Of a DNA stretch of 64,000 nt, positions 14,621-27,509 are shown one piece after another (within the stretch, counting starts at the first letter, position 1; each line of letters opens with the position of its first letter). The position numbers were made by a program, and so were the translations under genes. The stretch comes from Octopus sinensis (taxonomy: Eukaryota), in contig NC_043007.1 in the NCBI RefSeq assembly GCF_006345805.1, positions 6,138,001-6,202,000 on the forward strand, read 5' to 3'. The notes beneath the pieces were generated by a model, which was given only the letters and a program-made list of their open reading frames with translations, was not told where the DNA came from and made no database searches.

Positions 14621-15168
14621 ACTTTTCCTATTTGAACACGCAATCTCAAATTTAATCACTTGCCAAGCATGTACACATACTTAAAACAAACAAATGTGCA
14701 TACATACACGCATGCACATATAAATACATATAAACACAAATGCACACACACACACACACTCATATATGTATATAAATATACGCAAATATATAAATACATG
14801 CACACATACATAATGCTTACTTACATAGATTAATATATGGAAACATACACACACATATACATGCATGCACTCACATACACACACACACACACGAGACGAG
14901 ACGAAGAAACCGATGCGTAGCAGGTGAAATCATTTGCTTTACAGGTTAATATGATGTTAAATGTCGGGGAGAGGAAATATATTTATGAGAGAAGTATCAG
15001 TTACTCCATCGAAATTATAATTTTAGAATTTCAACAATAATAAATGGAACATTTTGGCTATTTGTATTTGACTAACTGTTTTAGTAGTAATCTGCAATGT
15101 GTGTGTGTGTGTGTCTGTACATCTTTTTCTATATATGATATAAATGTATGCGGGAATATACATACATT

Positions 15169-15203
<35 letters not shown>

Positions 15204-15204
<1 letters not shown>

Positions 15205-15545
15205 CATGCAGAGGAAATCAAAAATGTCCATTGATGAACCTCTGTATGAGTATAAATCTTCTGTATAAATGTACCGTGCAGACAAGGGGAGGACCGTATG
15301 TTTACATTGGGCAGACGACTGATTCATTTAAGAATCGTAACCATGTCGCCAGCTTTAAGACAATCAATAGGAGACATTCAACATCTGTGGCCGATTGTGT
15401 ATGGCGACTGGAGAAGGATAAAATTGAGCACAGCATAACCTGGTCCATAGTAAGGCAGGCGAACCCATACAATATAATTTCTAGGAGGTGCCGTCTCTGC
15501 TCCGAGGAACCACTGTCTATTCGGTGGACCAATCAGAAGATCATT
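15204..15545 (+). mobile_element. Penelope-like element GIY-YIG endonuclease fragment
   Basis: SCRGNQKCPLMNLC..LLYKCTV..YVYIGQTTDSFKNR.HVASF..STSVADCVWRLE..SITWSIV..PY..RCRLC gives a CxR..CP..C cysteine motif, the xIY..YIG core and a C-terminal CxxC. Confidence 0.9.
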
Positions 15546-16176
15546 AATTGAAGTTCTGAAAGATTCTCAGGATGCATACATGCATACGAATGTACTTTTG
15601 AACGATGCGGTGTTAACATAATTTACTACAAGGTATATATACACACATACATGTATTTACATTTATTATATATTTGAGAGTGCATCAGTTCGTGGGTTAC
15701 ATATATATGCATCCATTTATGTGTATTTTTCTGAATAGATGTGTGTGTGTGCGTGCGTGTGTGTGTGTGTCTGTGTGTGCGTGTGTATGTGTGTGTGTGT
15801 ATAATCTTCTATATATATGCATGCAGAAGTACGTACAGGCATATATCCCTGTTTGTATATATGTACGCACGTATTTATGTGTGCGTGCATGTGTTTACGT
15901 AAGGATGAAATTATGAATACGTGGCTGTTGGCACTTCGCATACATGTATGTATGGGTAGGTAGGTAGTAGTTTGGTAGGTAGGTAGGTAGGTAGATAGAT
16001 AGATAGGTAGGTAAGTGGGTAGGTATGGATGAAATGGATGGATTTGTGCATGTGTGTATAATTATTCATGTCTGAAAGCATTCGAGCATATAAGCATGTA
16101 ATTAGGTATAAATATATGTAATTATGTGTGTATCTATTGATTTCAAATTTATGTACAAGTGTGAAAAAGTCAAATA

Positions 16177-16305
16177 GATCGACCTCAGTGTTCAACTGGG
16201 ACTTAATTTTTTTTCGACCCCAAAAGGATGAAAGCGATAGTTGACCTCGGCGGAATATGAACTCAGAAAGTAAAGACCGTCGCGGTGACGATTCTGCCAG
16301 ATCGC
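16177..16305 (-). mobile_element. SINE family A partial copy
   Basis: Contains cgaccccaaaaggatgaaag..gacctcggcggaatatgaactcagaa. Confidence 0.7.
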
Positions 16306-17079
16306 TGTCTTAATGTGTGTATATGTTAATGTATATACGGTTGCCCGTGTTTTCATTTGTCTGTTTGTGAGCATGTCTGTTTGTATTATACACGTGCTGC
16401 CAATGTATGTAGGTGTGTGAATATGTATAGAAATAAGTATATCTATATACATATATGAGTATATGTATGCATATATCGTATGTATGCGTATAACAGGCAA
16501 GCCACGCAAAAGCATACACACTACTATCGATCTAAATCGAATTAAATAAACAATAATGACCCAATTACGTTTAAAAAACAGTTCACCTTTTATAGGTATA
16601 CGTAGGTTGTGGAACTAAAAAAAACTATTTCTAAATATTTCAAAATTTACAGTTAGTATCTTTATTTCTTTTTCTCTTCTTTTAATCCATTTATTTTTAG
16701 AAAATCTAAAATAGTTCTGAGAGGAAAAAAAATATAAAAAAGCACCAGAAAGACTAGTTTAGCTTTTGTCTGTTTTGCTCCAAAGATGTTTTGCCTGGCG
16801 GTGGTGGAGGAAATGGAATGTATCCGGGGAATGGTTAAAGGTATTTGGAAATTGTTAGGATACGAAGAAGAAAGCAACAAAAAAAAAAAAGAAAAAGAAA
16901 ATGGAAAACGTGAAAAATCCCAATCAATGGCAACGGTAGGAAAAAGTTTGCATGACGTTGTTGCCGATTGGTGATGATGATGACGATGATGATGATAGTG
17001 ATGAGAGTGGGGATGAGGATGATATTCTTCATTACCACCAACGCCATCGTCATCGTCATCATCATCATCATCATCATCG

Positions 17080-17118
<39 letters not shown>

Positions 17119-17878
17119 CCATCATCATCATCGCTACCGCCAGCACCACCACCACTATCATCATCATCGTCATTTACATCATCGCCTTCATCCCTATCGT
17201 CCTTTTCATCCTCATTGCCATTGCTGTCATCCAGTGAGGAAATGTCTGTACATAGTCTGTTGCAATGCTAGGAATAACAGCCACATCTCCCTCATAATAC
17301 ACTTTACTGCTTTATCGTTGTTCTTCTTTCAAAATTGGAACCTTGCACTACAGAATGAGTTTATAGATTTCTGTCTTCGATTATAAACACAATGAACAAA
17401 CTACTGAATACATCGATAATTCTTTTTAAAAAGTGAGAAGGTTACATCGTGTATCGCATTCTGTATATAGAAACTGTAAATAACTGTTCTTCGATCAATC
17501 GATCCCTCTTCTCATTGAACTTGGTTCAGCATTTCACAAATACGTGTACTCTTAGCGTAATAAACCTCTGACAGAATTAACATGACATCAAGCGTGACAA
17601 GGGGGGCGGTCTCCTTGAACAAGTTTTCGTGTAGATTTATCCGGGGATGTGAGAAATTATCATCACGCAAAATACAGTACAAGTAGGCACTCACTCGGCT
17701 TTCGCTACCTGTCTCTCTGCGATCGTGCGTTTTTGTAGACACCCCCGATAGCCCATCCCCACCACACTCTCGCACTAGGGTCGAAAATCAGAGTTCATAT
17801 GTTCTTCTTTCAATTTATGAGGAATTTAGCAAAAATTAAAAATATTCTAGTATGTCTATACATACATACAAACATATA

Positions 17879-17946
<68 letters not shown>

Positions 17947-17977
17947 TATATATATATAATATATATATATATATATA

Positions 17978-18300
17978 AAGACTCCGCCGGTTACGACGAC
18001 GAGGGTCCCAGCTGATACGATCAACGGAACAGCTTGCTCGTGAAATTAACGTGCAAATCGCTGAGCATTCCACAGACACGTGTACCCGTAACGTAGTTCT
18101 CGGGGATAATCAGCGTTTACACAGAGTGTGACAAGGCTGACCCTTTGAAATACAAGTACAACTCATTTTTGCCAGCTGAGTGGACTGGAGCAACGTGAAA
18201 TAAAGTGTCTTGCTCAAGGACACAACGCGTCGCCGGGAATCGAACTCACAACCTTACGATCATGAGCCGAATGCCCTAACCACTAAGCCACGCGCCCTCA
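17978..18300 (-). mobile_element. tRNA-derived SINE family C, intact
   Basis: Reverse complement begins GAGGGCGCGTGGCTTAGTGGTTAGGGCATTCGGCTCATGATCGTAAGGTTGTGAGTTCGATTCCC (A and B boxes), then TGTGTCCTTGAGCAAGACACTT; flanked by TA repeats. Confidence 0.9.
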
Positions 18301-18649
18301 CATATAGATATATATATATAGGTTCAGCAAAATTTAGATTCAGATGAATCTAAAGCTGAAGATTGCTCGACATTTTAAAAGTGATGTAATACTTACAGTG
18401 TTTAATAAAATGAAGTAGCATGAAACAATTGTACTACACTACCTTGGATATCCTTGTTGCTTATTTTGATTATATATATATATATATATATACATACAGT
18501 TGTTATAACTGAAAGTATTTCAGGAAATAGGACTCAGTATTACTGAAGATACAAATATTATCGCCGTTAATTTTCTTGACGTAACGCTACGGCTGGCCTT
18601 GTGGCTTTAGTAGAAAGGGTTATTATTATTATTATCATCATCATCATCA

Positions 18650-18715
<66 letters not shown>

Positions 18716-18725
18716 TATTATTATT

Positions 18726-18910
18726 AAGGCGACGAGCTGGCAAACGTTAGCACGCCGAGCCAAATGCTTAGCGGTATTTCGCCCGTCGCTGTATTCTGAA
18801 TTCAAATTCATCATTTCGGTGTCGATAAATTAAGTACCATTTGCGTACCGGGGGCGATCTAATCGACTGGTTCCCTACCCAAAATATCTCGGGTTTTGTA
18901 CCTAGAGCAG
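18726..18910 (+). mobile_element. SINE family A
   Basis: aaggcgacgagctggc..gaattcaaattc..gtcgataaattaagtacc. Confidence 0.8.
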
Positions 18911-18994
18911 AAAATGATGTAATCGACACATCCCCCTCTCCAAAAATGGTTGCCCTTGTGGAAAAATTTTAAACTATTATTATTATTTTTTTTA

Positions 18995-19155
18995 AAGCGG
19001 CGAGCTGACGGAAAGTTATAGTATCGGACGCAACGGTTAGCAGCATTTTGTCTTTACGTTCCGAGTTCAAATTCGAGGTCGACTTTGACTTTCATCTGGG
19101 GTCGATGTAAACTGTTCCCATTCCCACAAAAACTTCAGGCCCTGCGCTTGCAGTA
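18995..19155 (+). mobile_element. SINE family A, internally deleted
   Basis: aagcggcgagctgac..gagttcaaattcgaggtcgactttg..ggggtcgatgtaa. Confidence 0.7.
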
Positions 19156-19789
19156 GAAATAATTATTTGTCTATTTTTTTTATAAATATTGTGTCATAGG
19201 GAGGAATAATCAATATAGAATATTATATTCTTAATTTACAGGAAGAAGAAGAAGAAGAAGAAGAAGAAGAAGAAGAAGAAGAAGAAGAAGAAGAGAAGAA
19301 GAGGGAGAAGAAGAAGAGGAGGGGGAGGAGGAAAGTACATGTAAAACGAAAGTGTGGGAGACGAAGACAGTTGTTGAACAAAATCCATGGCAGAGTGATT
19401 GCTTTTGCAGTTCTTGAATCTTTATTGAATCCTGTGTTTGCAGTGCCAAGCTTTCATCACATCCAATCATCAAAGTAAGATTTGAGTGGCGACTTGTTTT
19501 GTGGATGGTGAGTGTGTGTGTACGTGTGTGTGTGTGGGTGAGTGTGTGCATGTGTGTGTGGGATTGTGTGTTTGTACGTGATGAGTGTTTACTGAATGAT
19601 GTAAGAGACTTTTGTGAACATACGTCTGCTTACATTCAACTTGACACATACGTTCATATATATATATATATATATATATGCATCTGTCCTTACACACACA
19701 CATATATAAATATGCACAGGATTTTCAACATGCATGCATTTATACATACATACACTCATGCATACATGCACACATACACACACACACAG

Positions 19790-19821
<32 letters not shown>

Positions 19822-20819
19822 GGAGAGAGAGATACACATACAAACACGCATATTTATATATATACATATTCTGCATTTTAACAAGCATAATCACTGATTG
19901 ACACACAGACATAGACGTACATGTGTGTGCGTGTTTGGTTGAACAAAATTTATGTAAATTCATGAAGAAATACACCTTTATGCATTCACACACACACACA
20001 CACACACACAAGCACACACAAGCGTACGCACGTATGTACGTAACACAATGCCATAAATATCCACGTAATCACATTTTAGCGATTGCTTCACAAATGCTAA
20101 TATTTGAAGAGAAATTTCAGAGACACTATTTATACAAAATGACACTTTTTCTTTCTGAACAGTTTTAACTCTGCTTGATTTTTCAGCTGTTCCCACAACG
20201 AATAAACGATTCCGTTTCCATACATGCAGACTTTTCGGCTTTCATCACTTAGATATATTGACAAAACGAGCAAAGAAGAAAGATATTTTCGGTACAAGTC
20301 TTCGTAGATGGAAGCATTGTGAAAATCAAATTGGAATGGCTAACGAAATAATTGATTTTAGCAAGACGGTTTCGAGATATTAAAGTAAGAAAATGTCGAG
20401 TTTATGAGTGTTTTGGTGCTTGTAGTGGTGGTGATGGTGGTGGTGAGGTCGCTACTGGTAGCCGGAGATGGTACATAAGGTGTTTGGTGAGGAATAAATT
20501 TTCATCTATTTTCTACATTTTTCTTTTGCATTTACTGAAAAAGAAATCTTTGAAATCGAACATTATGATGAATCACATCACTAGTTTTTGTGGGTGAATA
20601 CTTATGACGGTTCCTTACAAAATATTCAAATATACAGACGCACATATGCACGAACATACGCGCACGCAGACACACTGCAGGCACACAACCGAACACGCAC
20701 TATACATACATGCATTTGTGTTTATTTTTATATTATAATAAAAACAGTTTTACATTAAACCGAAGACTTACTCATTACTTTTGGTAGAGTACAAATTTAT
20801 AATTTAAGAAGAATAGTAT

Positions 20820-21070
20820 TGACAGTGACACCGAAGTGTGACAAGGCTGGCCCTTTTGAAATTCAGGTACAACAGAAATAGGAAGAAAGAGTGAGAGAAA
20901 GTTGTGGTGAAAGAGTACATCAGGGTTCGCCACCATCCCTTACTGGAGCCTCGTGGAGCTTTAGGTGTTTTCGCCCAATAAGCACTCACAAGGCCCGATC
21001 TGGGAATCGAAACTGCGAACCTACGACTACGAGTCCACTGCCCTAACCGCTGGGACATTGCTCCTCCACT
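20820..21070 (-). mobile_element. Chimeric tRNA SINE (family D head and body, family C distal module)
   Basis: 20880-21070 matches 37860-38006, whereas 20820-20875 (gtgtgacaaggctggccctttgaaat.caggtacaac) matches family C at ~18125-18160. Confidence 0.7.
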
Positions 21071-21143
21071 CTAGAACTCCAATAAGCAATGTAAGAAGGG
21101 GTGTACATACATACACATACACATACATACATACATATATACA

Positions 21144-22191
21144 TAAATCCTTAAATCCTTAAAAATGTTTTAGCCCGAAGGCCGCGGCCATGCTGGGGCA
21201 CCACCGCTGAATGAGCTACACTAGTTTGTGAATCCACCTCTGATACGTGGCACTTGATCAACAAGGGAGTTCGATGCTGCTGCCGCATCCGTGTCTCCTG
21301 TCGTGATGTAGGTTCATCTGGACTCCCAACAAGAAGAGATCCAGTTTAGTTTTAAAGAAACCCACATCCACACCATGTAAGTCTCTCAGGCATTTAGGGA
21401 GGATGTTAAAGAGCTGTGGTCCTCTGAAACCCAAGCTGTTGCAGTATCTGGACCTGTATTTTGATGGTGATGTTGGAATCCTTGGCACCACGCAGCGGCG
21501 CCCCGTTCTGCGGTTGGAGTAACTTTGAATGCCAAAGTTTGGGACAAGACCCTCCAGGATTTTCCAGATGTATATCACTGCATATCTCTCCCGCCTCCGC
21601 TCCAGGGAGAAGAGGTTTAATACCTTCAGTCTTTCCCAGTAGCTGACATTTTGCATTGAGACGATTTTCTTTGTGTAGCTTCTCTGAGTTGCTTCGAGTT
21701 CTGCTGTTTGTTTTATATTGTGTGGTGACCAAAGTTGGGAGCAGTAGTCCAAGCGGCTGAGGAGAAATGTTTTCCATAGGACCATCAGTGTCTCCTTCTC
21801 TCTTGTTCTGAAAGTTCGGAGAATCCATCCAGCTAGCCGTCTGCATTTTATCACCAGATTAGCAATATGCATTTGGAAAGATGCATCATTGCTCATGTCA
21901 ATGCCCAGGTCACGCACTGATTTTGACTCAGGGATTGCAATTCTTCCTGGGCCAGTGTATCCAGTCTTCACGTCATTTACCTTTGTGTGCCAGTAGCGCA
22001 GGGCCTGGAACTTACCTGCATTAAACTGCATGTTGTTGTCCTCAGCCCACCTGTATATTGTGTCCAGCTCATGTTGCAGATGCGCAATATTTTCAGGGTT
22101 TTGTATTGCGTGGGAGACTTTTGTGTCATCTGCATAGCTAGCAAGGGTGGTCATCGTAGCAACTGAAGGCATGTCTGAAAGGGCCACTATG

Positions 22192-22195
<4 letters not shown>
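21144..22195 (-). mobile_element. 5'-truncated CR1/L2-group LINE: RT C-terminal half, 3' UTR and (TAAGGATT) tail
   Basis: Open ~310-codon frame with YADDTK, LQHELDTIYRWAEDNNMQFNAGK, VRDLGI, RLDYCSQLWSP and LERRRER; 3' end GGTGGTGCCCCAGCATGGCC followed by short tandem repeats. The ORF-track start lies in a microsatellite and is not real. Confidence 0.92.
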
Positions 22196-22223
<28 letters not shown>

Positions 22224-22300
22224 CACACACATATATATATATACCTACATGCATACATACATACATACATACATACATACATACATACATACATACATAC

Positions 22301-22334
<34 letters not shown>

Positions 22335-22336
<2 letters not shown>

Positions 22337-22710
22337 TCTTTTTGAGGTCTTTCACGCTATCTACCTGACAATTTCTTGTTAAGTTTTCCTTATTAAGTAG
22401 TTGTCCTTAATTGCTAAATTTTTATTCCGAAAAAACTTATCCTTTCCCGAAATGCAATTCGTAAAAGTCTGCCATTTACCGGATGTAATATATGTAAACT
22501 CACCCATGTGCTTCGTTGATGTTGATCAGTTAGCTGATCGGCTTAAGCGAGGCAGGGTCGTTTATTTATGATACGTCCAGGCCTGCTGATGAATACGTAA
22601 GTATGAAATCACTGTGATACAGGTCTATATTTTTTAAATGTCTTACTTTGAAAAATTGCATTCGGTGGGATTAGTAAAATTTTTGGTAGAAATGACTAAT
22701 TGTCCCTCTT
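22335..22710 (+). mobile_element. Solo pLTR-like module carrying a hammerhead ribozyme
   Basis: Unique ~375-bp block starting at a (TA)n tract and containing an intact HHR; PLE origin is inferred. Confidence 0.55.
22579..22626 (+). ncRNA. Type I hammerhead ribozyme
   Basis: Stem I AGGCCTG/CAGGTCT, core CTGATGA, stem II ATAC-gtaa-GTAT, GAAA, stem III ATCA-ctg-TGAT, cleavage triplet ATA (cut after 22619). Confidence 0.88.
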
Positions 22711-22775
22711 AGCGTGTGGCATGTATGTATAATGCCCTCTGGCATGTATGTATAATGCCCTCTATATATAAATTA

Positions 22776-22853
<78 letters not shown>

Positions 22854-24364
22854 ATGGATGTATTTGTGCGTATGCTTGAAACTATTTCTTTCACTGAGTG
22901 TATCTGTACACACACACATTTCAACTGTTATATACTTTAATAATATTTATTAAGTCTTAGCGATCTACAAACGGCCGGATTCTGAAACCTTACGTAACCA
23001 TCTAATGATATTTAAAGACTATCTTTACCGTTACATGTTTGACTTCTACGATTCGAGCGTTGTGAGATACTTTAATCGTATACATATTGTATCTGGAAGA
23101 TATGTATAGTTCAGACTATCTGACACCTTTATGTTAGGTAAGCCTTTAACGATCGTTAATGATACCTAAAAATTTATTTTAGCATGGAGTTTAGGAACAC
23201 ACGTTCCGACAGAGAGAAACTAATGCACACACACACGTACACAGCTTATACACTGACTTATGTGATGTTCTTACAAGATGGTTGCGCTACGATCTGGCAT
23301 GTCATCGTTACGTTGCCCTCTGAATTAGGATGATCCAGCCTGGGATGCCCGGATAATCTGAGGTTGCGGTTTGATGTTACAGACTGTGCGGAAAAAGAGG
23401 TAAATACGTATTGCATTAAAATAGCATCCATCCATCAATCTATCCACCCATCCATCCATCTTTCCGTCCGCCCGTCCGCCCATACGTCCATCTATCCCCA
23501 TCCTCGTAACTAAATATCTATCATCTAACTATCTATGCAACCAACTGTACATTCCTTGATACATCTATTCTTACTTCCAGCCGTCTTTCTAACTGTCTAT
23601 TTACCACAAGAATCTCACAGGAACTGGTGTCACACCTTGTCAAAATATTACCCAAAATTCGTTTTACATTTATGATATTCTAAAATTATAAGGAAAGTAA
23701 CCGGAAGCCAGTGTCAAATCACACGGCGACACAATATGTCTTCTGTACATCCGTTCTCGACGAAATAGATGCACACAATATAAACAGAACTGATTTACTA
23801 TCTTCTGTAATAAAAAATAAATTCTATTCAAAATAGATTATTACATTTATAATGCAGTGTAAAAATCTAACCTGAGCTTAACAAAATATATTTATCATAG
23901 TTATTGAAAAATGTCAGTCAATGCTTCAGTATCAGTTTCGTTTGTATGGAATGGCTTACATTGAAAACAATTCCTGCAAACAGAAGAAGCAAAATCATTC
24001 CATTGTCTAGATTTTGCACACGTCATTCAGTACATCACTATCTACCTGAATATTCCATTGACTTTTAGATTTAAGATAACATTCTTTATACGAATACTTA
24101 CACGCTTGAAATGACAGCTGGTACAGTTATTTGTGCACTGACGTGTAAAACAGATAATATATTGAGCATATTATTTACGTCAGGGCAAAAATCGTTATTT
24201 GCACTCTTTTCTAACTCGCCCCTTTCTCTCCGAAGCGAGGAATTCTAAAGAATTTATTAGAATAACTACAGACGATATGTGACACCGAATTAAATGCTTA
24301 AGCCAACATAGGCATTATTTTACAACAAAAATAATCACCGAAACATTTTCCAATAATAACAGAA

Positions 24365-24366
24365 AC

Positions 24367-24405
<39 letters not shown>

Positions 24406-24437
24406 TAATAAAGATAATAATAATGATGATGATGATG

Positions 24438-24492
<55 letters not shown>

Positions 24493-24525
24493 GAAGAAGA
24501 AGAAGAAGAGAAGAAGAAGAAGAAC
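24365..24525. repeat. (AAT)n/(GAT)n/(GAA)n compound microsatellite
   Basis: Direct reading. Confidence 0.95.
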
Positions 24526-25195
24526 GTAAGTTGAAACTAAACTTGAATCAATAAAACAAATAGTAAGGCGAAAATAAATGGTAAGGCATCAAAAATATAA
24601 AATAACTGCTCACACAAACCGAACAATAAAACTAAAAGAGTCAACAAAATAAAAAGCTAGAAAAATACAAATCAGTGAACAACACAAATAAGAAACAACA
24701 TCGGCCATTTTGTGAATGAATTGTTCTTATCTGCTTGATAATAGTATTTTATTGTACATATGATTTTCATTTTGGCGTCTTGCAAAGGATAAAACGGTCT
24801 TTAAGTCCAGTGCAATCACTGAAGATCTTACTTGAGATCGGATGTTAGACTACGACCGTTGATTTTTGATCTTTCGCTGTAATTCAAAAACAGAAAATAA
24901 ACATTGAAGACAGACGACAGTTTTATTTTAATACGTTTTCTAGATATTTGCTTTTAATATATTTTTCTAGATATTTATTTTAACCATCTCGTGATTTTTA
25001 TTGTTAATATTTCGTTTTTAGTAGTAACTGATGGAAACTTATGGCGACATGTAAAACGTAAAGCAAGTTCTCTTCTTTCTTGTTTACAATCTGTTTTCTT
25101 TCGTTGGAGGTTTTGATTTCATTTAACAATTCATATAATTTATTTGGTTTATTTAGTTCACATACACACGCAGACACGCACACGCATACACGCAT

Positions 25196-25238
<43 letters not shown>

Positions 25239-25244
25239 TACATA

Positions 25245-25645
25245 TGGTGTGGCTGTGTGATAAGAAGTTTTCTTCCTAATCAAATGGTTCCGTGTTCAGT
25301 CCCACTGCATAACATATTTTGTAAGTGTTCTACTACAGCCTTGGGCTGAATGGATATGGTGGAGGGAAACTGAAAGAAGCCACTTCATAAATGTGTGTGT
25401 ATGTGTGCGCGTGTGTGTTTGTCTGAATGTGTATTTATGTGTATATATTTGTACCTTTACCACAGCTTGGCAACCAGTGTTAGTTTGTTTACGTTCCCGT
25501 AATTTAACAATTCAGCAAGTGAGACCGATAAAATAATTACCAGTCTTAAAAAAAAATTAGTGCTGGACTCGATTTGCTCGGCCCAAACTTTCAAAGCGGT
25601 GGCCCCTGAATGGCCACAGTCCAGTGGCTAAAACAATTTTAGCAT
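25245..25645 (+). mobile_element. tRNA-derived SINE family B, diverged
   Basis: gtggctgtgtgataagaag..ttccgtgttcagtcccactg..ggaaactgaaagaagcc, internal microsatellite, and tail gcggtggcccc.gaatggccacag. Confidence 0.8.
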
Positions 25646-25654
25646 ATATATATA

Positions 25655-25927
25655 GATATATTTCTACAGTTCTATATTGAAGAGATGAGGAATTATATAC
25701 ATTATTTACATTCGACGGATATTTGTCCTCATCTTGTTTGTTGTTAACACAACGTTTCGGCTGATATTCCCTCCAGCCTTCATCAGGTGTCTGGGGGGAA
25801 ATTTCAAACCTGGGTTCTCATTCCTAAGGTATTTTTCGATCTTGTTGTTGTTGTTATTCAAGTCACTGCCTGGAATCGAACTCGGAATCTTGGGGCTAGT
25901 AGCCCACGCTCTTAACCACTACGCCGA
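25655..25927 (-). mobile_element. tRNA-headed SINE-like element with 3' hammerhead ribozyme
   Basis: Reverse complement reads GGCGTAGTGGTTAAG (A box)..GAGTTCGATTCC (B box)..(AAC)n..HHR..AT-rich tail abutting a TA tract. Confidence 0.75.
25746..25791 (-). ncRNA. Minimal type I hammerhead ribozyme
   Basis: Reverse complement: GACAC-CTGATGA-A-GGCTG-(10 nt)-CAGCC-GAAA-CGTT-GTGTT. Stem III is reduced to the palindromic ACGT; cleavage triplet GTT. Confidence 0.8.
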
Positions 25928-25934
25928 GTGCGGT

Positions 25935-25974
25935 CTACTAATCTCAAGATTCCGACTTCGATTTCAAGCAGTGA

Positions 25975-26054
<80 letters not shown>

Positions 26055-26150
26055 CTTCGAAAAATACCTTAGGATTGAGAACCCATCAGCCGAAATGTTG
26101 TGTTAACAACAAACAAGATGAGGACAAATATCCGTCAAAGGTAAATAATA
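25935..26150 (+). mobile_element. Inverted, 5'-truncated second copy of the tRNA-HHR element with the ribozyme core deleted
   Basis: Reverse complement of 25699-25902, with an expanded (AAT)n and a ~47-nt deletion joining gagaaccca to tcagccgaaa. Confidence 0.8.
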
Positions 26151-26246
26151 TAAATAATATAGATTTCTTTTATCGTTTCTTTTATTTCTTTTAATCATTT
26201 GACTGCAGCCATGCTGGAGAACCATCTTTAGTCGAACAAATCGACC

Positions 26247-26539
26247 TCAGGACTTTCTCTTTGTAAGCCTAGTGCTTATTCTATCGGTCTCTTTTGCCGA
26301 ACCGCTAAGTTACGGGGACGTAATAATATGAGCGAGGAGTCTAATGCGGATCATGTGTGCTTCTTATATCTCCCCCTTTGCAAAAATAACTTCAGGACTT
26401 TCTCTTTGTAAGCCTAGTGCTTATTCTATCGGTCTCTTTTGCCGAACCGCTAAGTTACGGGTTCGATAATAGTATGAGCGAGGAGTCTAATGCGGATCAT
26501 GTGTGCTTCTTATATCTCCCCCTTTGCAAAAATAACTTC
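26247..26539. repeat. 145-bp tandem duplication spanning a SINE-B tail and adjacent sequence
   Basis: tcaggactttctctttgtaagcc begins at 26247 and 26392; the units are identical except for one short segment. Confidence 0.9.
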
Positions 26540-27204
26540 TGATATTGAACTCCACTGTTTCTCTCCACTTGACTCTCTCATACCGTTTCTGATGACGGGA
26601 TAGCTTTTATACTTCTGCAATAGATCAAACTACCTCGGCTTTGTTGCCTCATTTCATTTAACACACACACACACATACACACACACATGTAAGGTAAACT
26701 TACGAGGTGTCTTTAATATGTGTACATATCTTTGAACTCACTTTGAAAAAAGAAACTTTTAGATAGTAAGATATTTTTAATTTTATGTATAGAAAAAAAA
26801 ATTAAACGATTTAACTGGTTCCAAGATTTATTGCCTCGGTGAAAATTTGTTCCTCTTCTGTCTGAAGATGGATTATCAGTGTATTAATATTTATAGTATA
26901 GAACCTTGGACTGAACTAAACACGTGCTCGTAATGAGTATGTCAGTGCACTTGGTAGAGTGAGGGAGTTGATTAAGAGAAGCCATAAACCGCGAAAGGTT
27001 AGAAATGTGAAGTAAATATATACGAAGAGGAGTGGCAAATTTGTGGGAAGATGAGTTTGGAAGACAGAGTTTTATACTTCTGTTAGTCACGCTATGGACC
27101 AAAAGCAATTTGAGAGTATAGAGTTATGTTTCTTTACACGTACAAAAAAAGGGGGTTATTTGATTAATTTCAGCTTATGTTAAACACTGAGTACGCTCAG
27201 ACAT

Positions 27205-27500
27205 GGACAAGGCTGTGTGGTTAAGAGGTTAGATTTGTAGGCATATTGTTTCGGGTTCAGTTCCACGTTGCGGCACCTTGGATAAGACTCTCCTACCATA
27301 CCAGAAGACCCGAACCAGCGTCTAAGTAAATTTGACAGAAACTATAACAGCCTGTCGTGTGTGTGTGTGTATGTGTGTGTGTGTGTCTGTCTGTGTATAT
27401 GTGTGTGCATGTGCGTGTATATGTGTCTCTGTGTGCTTGTCCCCACCGTCCACCGCTTCACAATCGATGTTGGTTTAGTTACTTCCTCGTAAACTAGCGG
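27205..27500 (+). mobile_element. SINE family B, partial and diverged
   Basis: ggctgtgtggttaagagg..gggttcagttccac.ttgcggcaccttgg.. Confidence 0.75.
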
Positions 27501-27509
27501 TTAGGCAAA

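Noticed and set aside
16952-17386. ORF with poly-Asp then poly-His, and a (GAT)n-to-(CAT)n switch
   Set aside because: Trinucleotide microsatellite read-through; the fold-back is low-complexity and uninformative.
25865-25927. Genuine tRNA gene (also the heads at 18240-18300 and 37950-38006)
   Set aside because: No complete acceptor stem and no terminator T-run; each head continues into a repeat body, so these are SINE heads.
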